Positions 50,270 to 60,686 of a DNA stretch of 64,000 nucleotides are shown in pieces; positions within the stretch are counted from its first letter, which is position 1; each line of letters opens with the position of its first letter. Under the pieces are notes generated by a model. It was given only the letters and a program-made list of their open reading frames with translations. It ran no database searches and was not told the DNA's origin. The stretch comes from a virus (Duplodnaviria; Caudoviricetes): the IMG/VR virus record IMGVR_UViG_2799112248_000007, positions 32,205-96,204 of that record. One strand, written 5' to 3'. Position numbers and translations under genes: made by a program.

Positions 50270-51736
50270 ATGGCTAGAATAAAATTAAAAAATGGTTTGG
50301 AGCTAACATTCAATAATATCTTCTATGTTGACTCAGAAAAAGGTTCAAATAACAATAGTGGCTCTAAAACTTCTCCTTTTGCAACAGTAAACTATGCTAT
50401 ATCTCAATGTGATACCACAGGTGACGCAATCTTTGCTAAAAAAGGAACTCATGATGTAACAAGAATCGCAGGAACATATGACTCAGGTGGACTTTGGGAT
50501 GATAACAAAGCAATATCCTTTATTGGCGAAAAAGGAAAAACAGTTTTTTTGTGCGATGGTACTAAGCATAGTGGCAGAGATACACATTGTATTATGTTCC
50601 AAAATGCAAATACAAAAGCATACCAAATAACATTTGATTTTAGAATCGGTAACAGAAGTGGTAATAACTATCAAAATGCCATTTGTGGTGCTAATGGTAA
50701 TGCTGTAAAAGGAGAAGTTATAAATTGTTTATTTAAAATTGATAGCCAATCCCCTAACTTTACCTACTCAAACGGTGGTACATCTGTGATAAAATTCACA
50801 AATTGCGTTTTCGATGTTAAAGCAAATTTTGTAGGGAGCTATTCAGGCTCAGGGTTCACTATCGAAAACTGTGTTACAAATTTCTCATTCTATAACGAGG
50901 GAACTAGAAAGAATATATATAACAAAGTTGAATTTGACTCAGATTACCATGTCACAAACTACGATGAAGCACTTTTAAATATAGGTGCATATTCAGGGGA
51001 ATATTCTTGGAAATACACTTGGTATACAGGTGTATTTCTATTAAAAGCTAAGAACAAAACATATTCACTAGAATCAATTGACACTGTTTACCAAACTAAA
51101 ATGACATCTAATACTACCCCTGCTCCATTTATCGCAAGTGCTAGTAGTGAATTTAATTCTACATATCCTGCATATAAAGCTTTTAATGGTACTAATACAG
51201 GTGGTAACTATGATTATTGGAGTAGCATTGCAGGAACAACAGGTTGGATACAAATTAACTATGGTAAAAGAGTTCATGCTAATATCCTTGAATTAAGTTC
51301 TACAATGCTAACTCAACAAGTAGCAAATGGTATGCCAAGAGACTTCAATATTTTAGCGTCAAATGACAATTCTAGATTTATAAAATTAGCTGAATTTAAA
51401 GAACAGACATGGAACAATGGAGAAACTAAAAAATATAAATTTAGAAACAACATTGCATATCAGTATTACAGAATAGAGATATTTAGTACTAATGGATATG
51501 GATATGTGTGTATTGGGGAGATATTATTCAAAAGTATTAGAAACATCACTATAGATATACCAAAAATAAACGTAAATAATTTCTTTAATTACGGTATTGA
51601 TAAATCTAAAATAGAAAAACTAAACAATACTTTTGAAAATAAAAGCTACATTCTACAAGATGATGTTTCTAAAATAGAAGAGAATCTTTGGACAACTAAA
51701 TCAGATAGAAAACCACTCAGCATTACTTTCAACTAG
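50270..51736 (+). CDS. DUF1565/right-handed beta-helix plus discoidin protein (B slot 7)
   Basis: IFYVDSEKGSNNNSGSKTSPFATVNYAI cap; INCLF, TNCVF and ENCV rungs; discoidin near-identical to A slot 6. Confidence 0.72.
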   Translation: MARIKLKNGLELTFNNIFYVDSEKGSNNNSGSKTSPFATVNYAISQCDTTGDAIFAKKGTHDVTRIAGTYDSGGLWDDNKAISFIGEKGKTVFLCDGTKHSGRDTHCIMFQNANTKAYQITFDFRIGNRSGNNYQNAICGANGNAVKGEVINCLFKIDSQSPNFTYSNGGTSVIKFTNCVFDVKANFVGSYSGSGFTIENCVTNFSFYNEGTRKNIYNKVEFDSDYHVTNYDEALLNIGAYSGEYSWKYTWYTGVFLLKAKNKTYSLESIDTVYQTKMTSNTTPAPFIASASSEFNSTYPAYKAFNGTNTGGNYDYWSSIAGTTGWIQINYGKRVHANILELSSTMLTQQVANGMPRDFNILASNDNSRFIKLAEFKEQTWNNGETKKYKFRNNIAYQYYRIEIFSTNGYGYVCIGEILFKSIRNITIDIPKINVNNFFNYGIDKSKIEKLNNTFENKSYILQDDVSKIEENLWTTKSDRKPLSITFN

Positions 51737-51750
51737 TGCTGAGTTTTTAT
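51716..51750 (+). terminator. Terminator-like hairpin after slot 7; related elements at 35865-35940 and 59420-59455
   Basis: ACTCAGCA/TGCTGAGT stem followed by a T-tract. Confidence 0.55.
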
Positions 51751-51786
51751 TTTAATTTCTTAATACAATAAGAAAGGATTGATTAA

Positions 51787-52983
51787 ATGGCAATAATCGG
51801 AAGTATTTTAACAAATCCTGAAAATGGATGGATAAGAATTGAAGAGACTGACTCAAATTTTACTTATGAAGGTGTATGGGGTTCAAGGTCAAACCCTGCC
51901 TATAGTGGAGGAAGTCAAAAAACTCAACCAAACACAGTTCTTAATAACAAGATTAAATTCAAATTCTATGGTACAAAGATAAGAATTATTTCATCACTTT
52001 ACCCATCTTACACACCAAAAGTAAAAATTACTATAGATGGAATAGAAGAATATTATACACTTCAAGGAACTGCATCTAACTCAGCTCTTGCATATGAAAA
52101 AACAAATTTACCATTAGGTCTACACTATATTGAAATTGAAAAAATAACTAACGGTGGTTATGACCCTGATTTCATATGGGATGCTATTGATATTGACTAT
52201 AATGGTTATATTGCAAATAAGGATTTCTCGATTAAAAGATTAGCAATCAAAGACCAAACAACAAACGAACACTATTCTCTTGTAGACAACACTTTAATTC
52301 ACATGCCTGACAATTCACCTAAAAACATGATTTTACATGGCATTGAACAAGGTAAAGAGATTCAATTAGATGTCCCTTTTACTAAACATAAATACTTTAA
52401 TGATAAACCTGTTGCTAGTGTGAGTGGAAAAGTATTCACACATGATATTGGAAAGATTAACACTTTAAATATCAAGGAATTAAAAGAGAGTAAAAATATT
52501 GTGACAACTTTGCATGAAACTAAAATGACTTCAAATACTTCCCCCTCTCCTTTGGTTGCAAGCGCTAGTAATGAGTTATTAGGTAACAGTGGAAATACAC
52601 TTTATGAAGCATATAAAGCATTTGATGGAATAAATGGAACTAGTACAGATTCTTGGATTTTTGAGGGTACTAGTGGTTGGGTTAAGCTAGATTTTGGCAA
52701 AAAAATTCTAGTTACTTTTATCTTAATAGCATCTAGAAACTTAACAAGCGACATAAATTCTTCACCAAAAGATTTCATACTATATGGTTCTAACGATGAT
52801 AAAGATTGGATTGAACTATGTAGTGTTACATCACAAAAATGGGCTAGTAATGAGAAACGTAGCTATAATTTCTCAAACACCACCCAATATAGATATTATA
52901 GATTAAATATATCTTCAAATAATGGTGAAAGCTTATATACTTCTGTTGGTGAATTACAATTTGGCGCAAGAGAGGTGAAATAA
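51787..52983 (+). CDS. Jelly-roll plus discoidin protein (B slot 8)
   Basis: PENGWIRIEE..., constant DNTLIHMPDNS linker, discoidin, GAREVK end. Confidence 0.75.
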   Translation: MAIIGSILTNPENGWIRIEETDSNFTYEGVWGSRSNPAYSGGSQKTQPNTVLNNKIKFKFYGTKIRIISSLYPSYTPKVKITIDGIEEYYTLQGTASNSALAYEKTNLPLGLHYIEIEKITNGGYDPDFIWDAIDIDYNGYIANKDFSIKRLAIKDQTTNEHYSLVDNTLIHMPDNSPKNMILHGIEQGKEIQLDVPFTKHKYFNDKPVASVSGKVFTHDIGKINTLNIKELKESKNIVTTLHETKMTSNTSPSPLVASASNELLGNSGNTLYEAYKAFDGINGTSTDSWIFEGTSGWVKLDFGKKILVTFILIASRNLTSDINSSPKDFILYGSNDDKDWIELCSVTSQKWASNEKRSYNFSNTTQYRYYRLNISSNNGESLYTSVGELQFGAREVK

Positions 52984-52984
52984 T

Positions 52985-53080
52985 ATGGCAACAACAGAGC
53001 AATTAATGGCATTCTTTGGTGTCGCATGGTTTGGTTTTGATGAAGCAAGTGGAAACGTTGTAGACAAACTAGGAAATGGC
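52985..53080 (+). pseudogene. Truncated slot 9 gene
   Basis: MATTEQLMAFFGVAWFGFDEASGNVVDKLGN matches the slot 9 N-terminus, then homology ends. Confidence 0.8.
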
Positions 53081-53190
53081 TTTGAGCTAACCACATCATT
53101 CGAACACTGTCTTTTACGAGATCTTCAATTTTTCTTCTAGAGAAAACAGATTGGGTGTAAGCACACAGAATAATTTTTAACATCATTCGT
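53078..53190 (-). mobile_element. Internal fragment of an IS1182-family transposase
   Basis: RMMLKIILCAYTQSVFSRRKIEDLVKDSVRMMWLAQ matches the DUF772 region of Bacillaceae IS1182 transposases; no IS ends visible. Confidence 0.8.
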
Positions 53191-53346
53191 TCTGTAATGC
53201 AGATGTGCCTAAAACAGCTTTAGCAGATAAAAACCTTTTAGTACAACGTGTTTTATACCCTTACATGTAAAAGTAACATAATTGTATTTACAAATAAAAG
53301 AGTGATTTTACAGGGTTAGGGGCATTCTCTCCTACCCTATTTTATA

Positions 53347-53950
53347 ATGATTTTTTTAATAGAAAACTTCAATACAATGAAGGCGATTGATAAAGTGTTA
53401 TTCACAAATTCAGGAAACCAGCCATCGATATTCCCTTAACTGAAAGGCTGAATGTAAACTCTTCTTCGAAATGTCAGATGGTTCATTCAACCTAATGAAA
53501 AGAAGAATTGAAGTTGAGTACATTGACGAAAATGGAGAAACTTATCATTTAACAACAAATTTCGAAAACAAAGACCTTATCACATATAAAGAAGCTACGC
53601 TGACTACAGCAATGTACAACGTGTTCAACGCTCAAATATCAAGTCAATTAATTTTGGCTACAAAACAATTTACAAGAAAGATGATGTTCAACTATTCTTC
53701 CAACCTGTTGTATCCCTACCTTTTTAATGAGAGCGCCTTGATTGAGGTCAAATTAACATCGAATAAGGACATGAACGGCTACTTGGTGTTCAAATCAAGT
53801 GGGATTGAAATAGAACGCTTCTACGCCCCTTTAGAAGCCAATAGAGCAGGTCAAATTAATTGGACTATCAAAAAAGGAAATGCTTTTGTAGGCGGTATAG
53901 AGTCTATTGACACAGGAGATAGACAAGAAGAAAACATAATTCATATTTAA
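53347..53950 (+). pseudogene. Frameshifted slot 1 copy fused by deletion to the end of slot 2
   Basis: Indels relative to A and B; ...WTIK joined to FVGGIESIDTGDRQEENIIHI. Confidence 0.75.
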
Positions 53951-53966
53951 GAAAGGAAGATGCTCT

Positions 53967-55046
53967 ATGACAGTAGTAGGCGGTAATTTAGAGCGCAAAG
54001 AGGTAGGATTACCTATTGGTGTTTCAGGAACTCACGATAATACTGAAATTAATAGGACAACAGGTTTTCTTCAATTGATGCAAGTTGATGTTGATGGTCA
54101 AGGAAGACCTATTTATACAGAAAAAGGCTCTTGGACTTCCGATGTGATTGATTTAGGCGATAAGTTCAAGGACTTCGAAAAAGTATTTACAACTGATACA
54201 AGCAATGGAGCAAGCTCATTCGCAGTTTTAACGAGAGTGTCAGACAACAATAAAGATTGGTCTGATTGGACAGCTATTGCTATGGATGGAGCTATCCAAT
54301 CTGAAATTAAGCAATATATTCAAGTAAGAATTGATTTATTTGCAGGGTTTGTTACTGATTTATTCATTATCTCAAAATCAGACTTCGAGAAAAATGATTT
54401 TATTTTAAAAAAGAAATTAACTGATAGTGGTTATGCAGTTCCAACTTTAACATCAAATACATCTTCTACACTTGGTTTCGCTTTTGCTTCTAGTGAATAT
54501 AACTATAGCTACGCTCCGTGGAAAGCTTTCGATAAAGCTGATTCAGGCTACTATAATACAAAAAATGGTGAAGTGACTGGATTTTTAGGATTTTATTTCA
54601 AAGAGAAAAAAATAATCACTAAGTATAAGGTAAGGAGTGCGAATAGTAATCAAACATTGTTTTTTCAATGTTTACCTAAAAATTGGGTTTTACAAGGAAG
54701 CAATGACACTACAAATGGTACTGATGGCACTTGGGATGACTTAGATGTTCAAAACAATCAATCATGGACTACGATAAACACAGATAAGGTTTTTGAAGTA
54801 AACAGAGTAAATAAATATCATGCTTATAGAATAAATTGGTCTGCAAATAATGGTTATGCAAGTTACTCAATTATTGGAGAACTAGATTTCTATGCGGATG
54901 AAACAACATCACTAAGTCTTAAGCATGATTACAAGTATGATATGAAATTAGATTCTACATGGTCAGATACAGGTAGTTTACACAGACAGAAGATTAATAG
55001 AAGTGATTTTGTAAAAATTGATAAACTTTATATTTTTGAAAAATAA
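53967..55046 (+). CDS. Slot 3 discoidin protein (C), an A/B chimera
   Basis: Intact paralogue; 5' alleles mostly A-type, B-type after ~54165. Confidence 0.78.
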   Translation: MTVVGGNLERKEVGLPIGVSGTHDNTEINRTTGFLQLMQVDVDGQGRPIYTEKGSWTSDVIDLGDKFKDFEKVFTTDTSNGASSFAVLTRVSDNNKDWSDWTAIAMDGAIQSEIKQYIQVRIDLFAGFVTDLFIISKSDFEKNDFILKKKLTDSGYAVPTLTSNTSSTLGFAFASSEYNYSYAPWKAFDKADSGYYNTKNGEVTGFLGFYFKEKKIITKYKVRSANSNQTLFFQCLPKNWVLQGSNDTTNGTDGTWDDLDVQNNQSWTTINTDKVFEVNRVNKYHAYRINWSANNGYASYSIIGELDFYADETTSLSLKHDYKYDMKLDSTWSDTGSLHRQKINRSDFVKIDKLYIFEK

Positions 55047-55049
55047 GGG

Positions 55050-55925
55050 GTGAGAAAAATAGAAACAAGAGCTATAACAGGTGGAACTATTAATTATGAT
55101 GTATCCACACCTAGCGTAAACACAATTGAGTTTTGGATAAAACTAAAAAGTGATTTCAATAAAACTATGAAATTATTCTTTAATGGAACACTCTCTGAAA
55201 TAATGCTAGATGCTAGGGGTTCAATTGGAGTGAGACATGCTGTGAATAATTATGGAAATCCAGGTAGTATTGTATATGGAAATATTCTTTTAGAGAAAGA
55301 TAAGTCTAATCACATAGCGATAACTATAGGAAACTCAGGGTGCAAAATATATATTAATGGAGAACTTAGTCTATCTACTACATCTATTAACTCATATAGT
55401 AGAAGTTTTAAAATGATTTCTTTTACAGAAAAAGATGGTGTTATTCTTGAGTTTCCAAAATTTTGGAACAGAGAGCTTAGTAAAACGGAAATCCTAGAAA
55501 GCTATGAGAAAAAAAGAGTCCTTATCTCTAATATAGATGGCTTAATTATGTATGATTTATTTGCAGACACAGGCTCAATAAATGAAGTATCCAATATACC
55601 TACAACATCATCTAATATCACTTATCACTCTAAACAGACAATTCTTTATATTACTAAATCTCTTATTACACATGATAGTGAGTATAAGAAATTTCATGGA
55701 GGATGGTCAACAGTTTCTAATACTCTACCTAACCCTACTCAATTCCTTGAGAAAGGGATGAACAACCTATCTCCTCTTGACCGCAAAGTAACACAATTAG
55801 AGCCAATACCAATGACTCAAAGAAATGATATTCTATCGTCAGGAGAAGTTGGTAAAGTTTTTAGTAAAGAAATTGATTTAAAAAAATATTTTGACATAAG
55901 ACGTACTAGAACTGAGGTGAGATAA
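55050..55925 (+). CDS. LamG-domain protein (C slot 4)
   Basis: TIEFWIK...HIAIT...IYING...FWNREL; KYFDIR end; GTG start. Confidence 0.7.
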   Translation: MRKIETRAITGGTINYDVSTPSVNTIEFWIKLKSDFNKTMKLFFNGTLSEIMLDARGSIGVRHAVNNYGNPGSIVYGNILLEKDKSNHIAITIGNSGCKIYINGELSLSTTSINSYSRSFKMISFTEKDGVILEFPKFWNRELSKTEILESYEKKRVLISNIDGLIMYDLFADTGSINEVSNIPTTSSNITYHSKQTILYITKSLITHDSEYKKFHGGWSTVSNTLPNPTQFLEKGMNNLSPLDRKVTQLEPIPMTQRNDILSSGEVGKVFSKEIDLKKYFDIRRTRTEVR

Positions 55926-57142
55926 TGGCAACCATGAATACACCAAAAAATGCAAAACCAATGGTTAAATTTAATTTTATCTCTTCAAACTATGTAAGCT
56001 CAGTAAACACACATGCTAATACACCGACACCACTTAACAAATTAACGGAAGTTTTACATGATGGAATAACATCTAAACAAGGAACATATGGAGCTGTACT
56101 GTTAGTTGGAGGTACAACAGCATATATAGAGTTTAAAGTAGAAGAAGATTGTAGATTTTGGGCTACTAGTGGATTATACAGTGATAGTGGTGGAGCGTCA
56201 GGAAACGAATTAAATATCTTCAAATACAACAACGAACTTCAAACATACCAACTATTTAAAACTGTACCAACAACCGCTACAGAAGATTGGTATGTTGTTT
56301 GTGATTTACTAACTAAAGGAACATATAAAATTCAAGCTAAAGGAAATTACGTTCAATTCAACGAATTTTACTTTGAATCTATAGTAGAAAATAAAACACT
56401 TGTTTTACATGATGGTCAGTTTAAGAAATTTACACCATTAAACAAAAGTAATTTTGTGAGCATAATTCCTGAAATGACCTCAAACACAGCTCCAATTGGT
56501 GTAGCAGAAACTAGTAGTATTTACGGAAGTAGCTACGATGCATGGAAAGCTTTTGATAAGAAGGACACCACTATTTGGCATAGTGGTAGTGGTACACCAC
56601 AATGGATTTCATATGAAGGTTTATCAAAAAAAAGAGTAACAAGGCTTTTAATAGTAGGTAGATATGATTCACTTATTTCCTCTCAAGGATTAAAGACTTT
56701 TACTATACAGGGCTACAACACCAATACAAATTCATATGTTGATATTGCAACAATTACTGATAATACTACTTGGCAGGAGACTGAAAAAAGAATTTATGAT
56801 TTTGAAAATAAAAATGAATATTTAAAATATCGCTTATATATAACAGCTACAACAGGAACGAGCGCATTTGCTGTAACACAAGTGGACTTTTTAGAGCCGT
56901 TAGATATTGTAGAAGCTCATTGGTCAACAGTTTCTAATACTCTACCTACACCTACTCAATTCTTAGAACAAGGTATGGACAATCTATCTCCTCTTGACCG
57001 CAAAGTTATAGACCTAGAACCTTTACCCATGATAAATAAAAGTGAGATTTTAGGTGTTGGTGAATTAGGAAAAATGTTTAGTAAAACAGTAGATTTAAGA
57101 AAGTATTTTGACATAAGAAGTATAGGAATTGAGGAGAAATAA
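55925..57142 (+). CDS. Variable N-terminal domain plus discoidin protein (C slot 5)
   Basis: YSDSGG domain, MTSNTAP discoidin, KYFDIR end. Confidence 0.75.
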   Translation: MATMNTPKNAKPMVKFNFISSNYVSSVNTHANTPTPLNKLTEVLHDGITSKQGTYGAVLLVGGTTAYIEFKVEEDCRFWATSGLYSDSGGASGNELNIFKYNNELQTYQLFKTVPTTATEDWYVVCDLLTKGTYKIQAKGNYVQFNEFYFESIVENKTLVLHDGQFKKFTPLNKSNFVSIIPEMTSNTAPIGVAETSSIYGSSYDAWKAFDKKDTTIWHSGSGTPQWISYEGLSKKRVTRLLIVGRYDSLISSQGLKTFTIQGYNTNTNSYVDIATITDNTTWQETEKRIYDFENKNEYLKYRLYITATTGTSAFAVTQVDFLEPLDIVEAHWSTVSNTLPTPTQFLEQGMDNLSPLDRKVIDLEPLPMINKSEILGVGELGKMFSKTVDLRKYFDIRSIGIEEK

Positions 57143-58366
57143 ATGGTCATTAAAATAGATGGGAATTGGAGCAACAAAAGTTTAAGAACAGGAGTTTCTA
57201 ACCTTGGAGGGGTCACTACCAATGGGCTTAGAAGACTAGGAGATGGTATGTTTTATTGTGAAATTCTTTCTGAAAACACAGTGAGTTATAAACATATAGG
57301 TGTTGCAACCCCTCTTAATCAAAGTTGGGTTAGCTACGGAAAGTTCACTAATGCCCTATATCCAATTGGCTCAGCAGTTGCCGGTGCAACATATGGTATT
57401 CTCCTTGATTTAACAGGTACAGTTGGAAGGTTCAGTTGGAACAAAGATGGTGGGGAATTTTCTAGTTGGACTAACTTAATTGATTCACAAGGAAACACGA
57501 TTAAAGATTTTAGATTAGGTATAGTCGGAAGTTCTTCAGGTGGAGGCACACAATATTTTACCCTCAACTATAATGCAAAAACATTTAAAACAAAACATAG
57601 TGATATTTTAGGTGTTGCTAAAGGAGAAGTTTACACTTTTGATGGCTCTGAGAAACTTCGGATAGAAAAATCTCTGTTTAAATCTAAAAATAAGACATAT
57701 TCACTAGAATTAATTGACACTTGGTACAATCTTAAAATGACCTCAAATAATACCCCTTCTCCTTTGGTAGCTAGTGCTAGTAGCATTTGGAGTGACACTT
57801 TCCCTGCTTGGAAAGCATTTAATGGAACAAATAATGATAGTAGTGATTGTTGGGTAACGGTTGGTGGCTCTATAACAGGTTGGATTCAACTAGATTTCGG
57901 TTCTCCCAAAAACTGTAATCAAATAAAACTTACTTCTAGGTCAGGAAGTACAGCAAATGCCTGTCCAAAGGATTTTACAATAAGTGCTTCAAATGATGGC
58001 ATAACTTTTGATGTCATAGCAAATATCACAGGACAATCAAAGTGGGCATTAAATGAAACTCGTATGTTTACATTTAAAAATGCTAAAAAATATCGCATTT
58101 ATAGATTAATAATAATTTCTAATGATGGATATAGTAGTTATAGTGCTATTGGACAATTACAATTTGGATATAAAGGTAACACTATGATTTGTTTACCTAA
58201 AATTTCACAAGATAACTTAATTAAATATGGTCAAATAGAGCTATTAAAACTAAATGAGCCTATACCGATTAAAAACTACCTTTTACAAGATAAAATATCT
58301 GAAAGTTCAGAAGGATTATGGACAACAAAGCTAGACAGAAAACCATTGAGTATTAGTTTTAACTAG
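57143..58366 (+). CDS. SPRY-like plus discoidin protein (C slot 6)
   Basis: N-terminal domain homologous to A slot 6; discoidin near-identical to A slot 7; KLDRKPLSISFN end. Confidence 0.75.
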   Translation: MVIKIDGNWSNKSLRTGVSNLGGVTTNGLRRLGDGMFYCEILSENTVSYKHIGVATPLNQSWVSYGKFTNALYPIGSAVAGATYGILLDLTGTVGRFSWNKDGGEFSSWTNLIDSQGNTIKDFRLGIVGSSSGGGTQYFTLNYNAKTFKTKHSDILGVAKGEVYTFDGSEKLRIEKSLFKSKNKTYSLELIDTWYNLKMTSNNTPSPLVASASSIWSDTFPAWKAFNGTNNDSSDCWVTVGGSITGWIQLDFGSPKNCNQIKLTSRSGSTANACPKDFTISASNDGITFDVIANITGQSKWALNETRMFTFKNAKKYRIYRLIIISNDGYSSYSAIGQLQFGYKGNTMICLPKISQDNLIKYGQIELLKLNEPIPIKNYLLQDKISESSEGLWTTKLDRKPLSISFN

Positions 58367-58383
58367 ATAAGAGAGGTGAGAAA

Positions 58384-59441
58384 ATGAATTGGTATTTAAA
58401 AGTAGAAGGCTCAGGTGGAGGAACTAGCGGTAGTGGAATACTTTTTATTGAAGTATATGACCAAAAAGGTAGTTTAGTAAAACTAACAAAAGGTGATGTT
58501 ATTGAAACTAATGCTTCACAAAGAATTGCTGATGATAACTACATTCGAATGTTCCAAACAAAAGGTTCGTTACAACCATATAACGGGATTGCTAGTGGTA
58601 TTTTTTATACTATAAAACTTCCTGAATATGTTAACGTTTTTGCAAAAGTGCTACTAAAGAATGAGACAAACAATTCTTATGATGTTAGAAACATCAAAAT
58701 AAGTATTTCTAAAGATAATATTGAATATCAGCAAATTTTTTATGATACTTTTGCCACAAGTGAAGAAAAAATAATTTTACAAGCCTATTCATTTTACAAA
58801 CATAGAATACTATTACAATCTAACAATAAAACACACTCAATCCAAACCATATATAAACCATATGAATTAAATATGACTTCAAACACTTCCCCTTCCCCAT
58901 TGGTTTCCAATGGCTACAAAGCATTTGATGGAAATTTATCAACATATCATATTGTCTCTAACGATTACAACGGGCTTATAACTTTAGATATAGGAAAAGA
59001 AATATTAATAAGTAAAATAGAGTGGATAGTGAATAAAAAATTTTCAACTACTAGTTTTGTTATTAAAGCTTCTAAAGACAAGAAAACATGGAATACTTTA
59101 TATAATGAAACTAAAGAATGTCAATGGCTTTCGGCAATAACGTACGAAAAAACTTTTATTGAAGATTCTTATAGATATTTTCAAATCTCTTTTGGTTATC
59201 ACACAAGAACAGATTTTAATTTTTCTGAAATAAGATTTTAAAAAAATATATAGGTATTTTAGAAGTTCCTGTTTTAAACGATAGTAATATCTTGAAATAT
59301 GGAGGAGAGCTTAGATTCGAAAATCTTGATAGTGGTATTGAAGATAAAAGCTACATTTTACAAGATGGAGTGTCAGTAAATGTAGAAGGTCTTTGGACAA
59401 CTAAATTAGATAGGAAACCACTTAGCATTAGTTTTAAATAG
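58384..59441 (+). pseudogene. C slot 7, frameshifted near 59236-59246
   Basis: ORF stops at TTTTAAAAAAA; the constant tail ...LWTTKLDRKPLSISFK continues in another frame to 59441. Confidence 0.75.
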
Positions 59442-59492
59442 TGCTGAGTTTTATTTTGACTTCTTAATACAATAAGAAAGGAAGGATTTACA

Positions 59493-60686
59493 ATGGCAGT
59501 TGGCACTCAATATAGTATTGCAGAAAATGGATGGATAAGATTCGAGGAGGATAATCCCAATTTTGAATATTCTACAGGATGGAGTAATTGGAGTGGTATT
59601 GACACAAGTGGAGGTACTGATAAAAGAACAAACACAGTTGGTCAAACTATGAAATTTGGTTTCATAGGAAATTCAATTAGAATAATAGCTCCTATTAATA
59701 AGGATTTATCAAACTCATTAAAGATTTCTATAGATGGAAAAGAAGAAGATTTCACTGAATATAACGCTACATTAGTTTGGAGAGTTTGTGTATACGAAAA
59801 AACAGGATTATCAAATAAAAAACACTCTGTAGTTGTTACAACTAATTCTACTGCAACAAATATTTTAGATGCTGTGGACTTGGTGTTAGGTAGTTCGATA
59901 ATTCCTTACCAAGATAGTCTTCCTATTAGAAAAATGGTCTTACAAAACCCTGGTAACTCTACTCAATATTATTCCCTTTCAGACAACACTCTAATTCACC
60001 TACCTGATAACTCACATAAAAACATGATTTTACATGGTATTGAACAAGGCAAGGAAGTTCAATTAGATGTGCCTTTTGATAAACATAGATATTTTAATGA
60101 CACACCTGTTGCTAATGTGAGTGGCAAGGTATTTACACATGATATTGGTAAAATTAATACTTTAAGTATCAAGGAAATAAGAGAGAATAATAGTATTGTA
60201 ACAACTTGGTATGAAACAAATATGACTTCCAACAACACCCCTACTCCACTAGTCGCAAGTGCTAGTAGTATTTATAGCAATGACTTTATGCCATATATAC
60301 CATTTAGTGCGAGTCCATCCACAGGAAATACTTAAGATTGTTGGGCGTCAGTTAATGGCGTTACAAATGGTTGGTTAAAAATAGACTATGGTAAAGAGAT
60401 AATTGTTAACACATACAGATTAAGAAATAGATATTCTACTAGTAGTCCCTTAATAGCTAACATGCCAAAAACTTGGACTATAGAAGCATCTAATAATAAT
60501 TCTGATCGGACTACCATCCACAGTGTTAATAATTATACAAATTGGGTTGAACATCAAGAGTCATTTTTTACATTCGATAATACTAAAAAGTTTAGATATT
60601 ACAGAATAAATATTAGTCAAATAAACGGTGGGAATAATTATGTAGCTATAGGTAAGTTGTTATTTGGCGCAAGAGAGGTGAAATAA
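59493..60686 (+). pseudogene. C slot 8 with one in-frame nonsense codon (TAA 60333-60335)
   Basis: Frame continues DCWASVNGVTNGW...MPKTW...GAREVK after the stop. Confidence 0.78.

Larger units (their letters stand above)
44217..53080 (+). repeat. Receptor-binding cassette copy B
   Basis: Degraded slots 0-1, slots 2-8, and slot 9 truncated at an IS fragment. Confidence 0.88.

Noticed and set aside
52896-53186. 96-aa minus-strand ORF as a functional transposase
   Set aside because: Only ~37 codons are IS-derived; the rest is antisense to cassette genes
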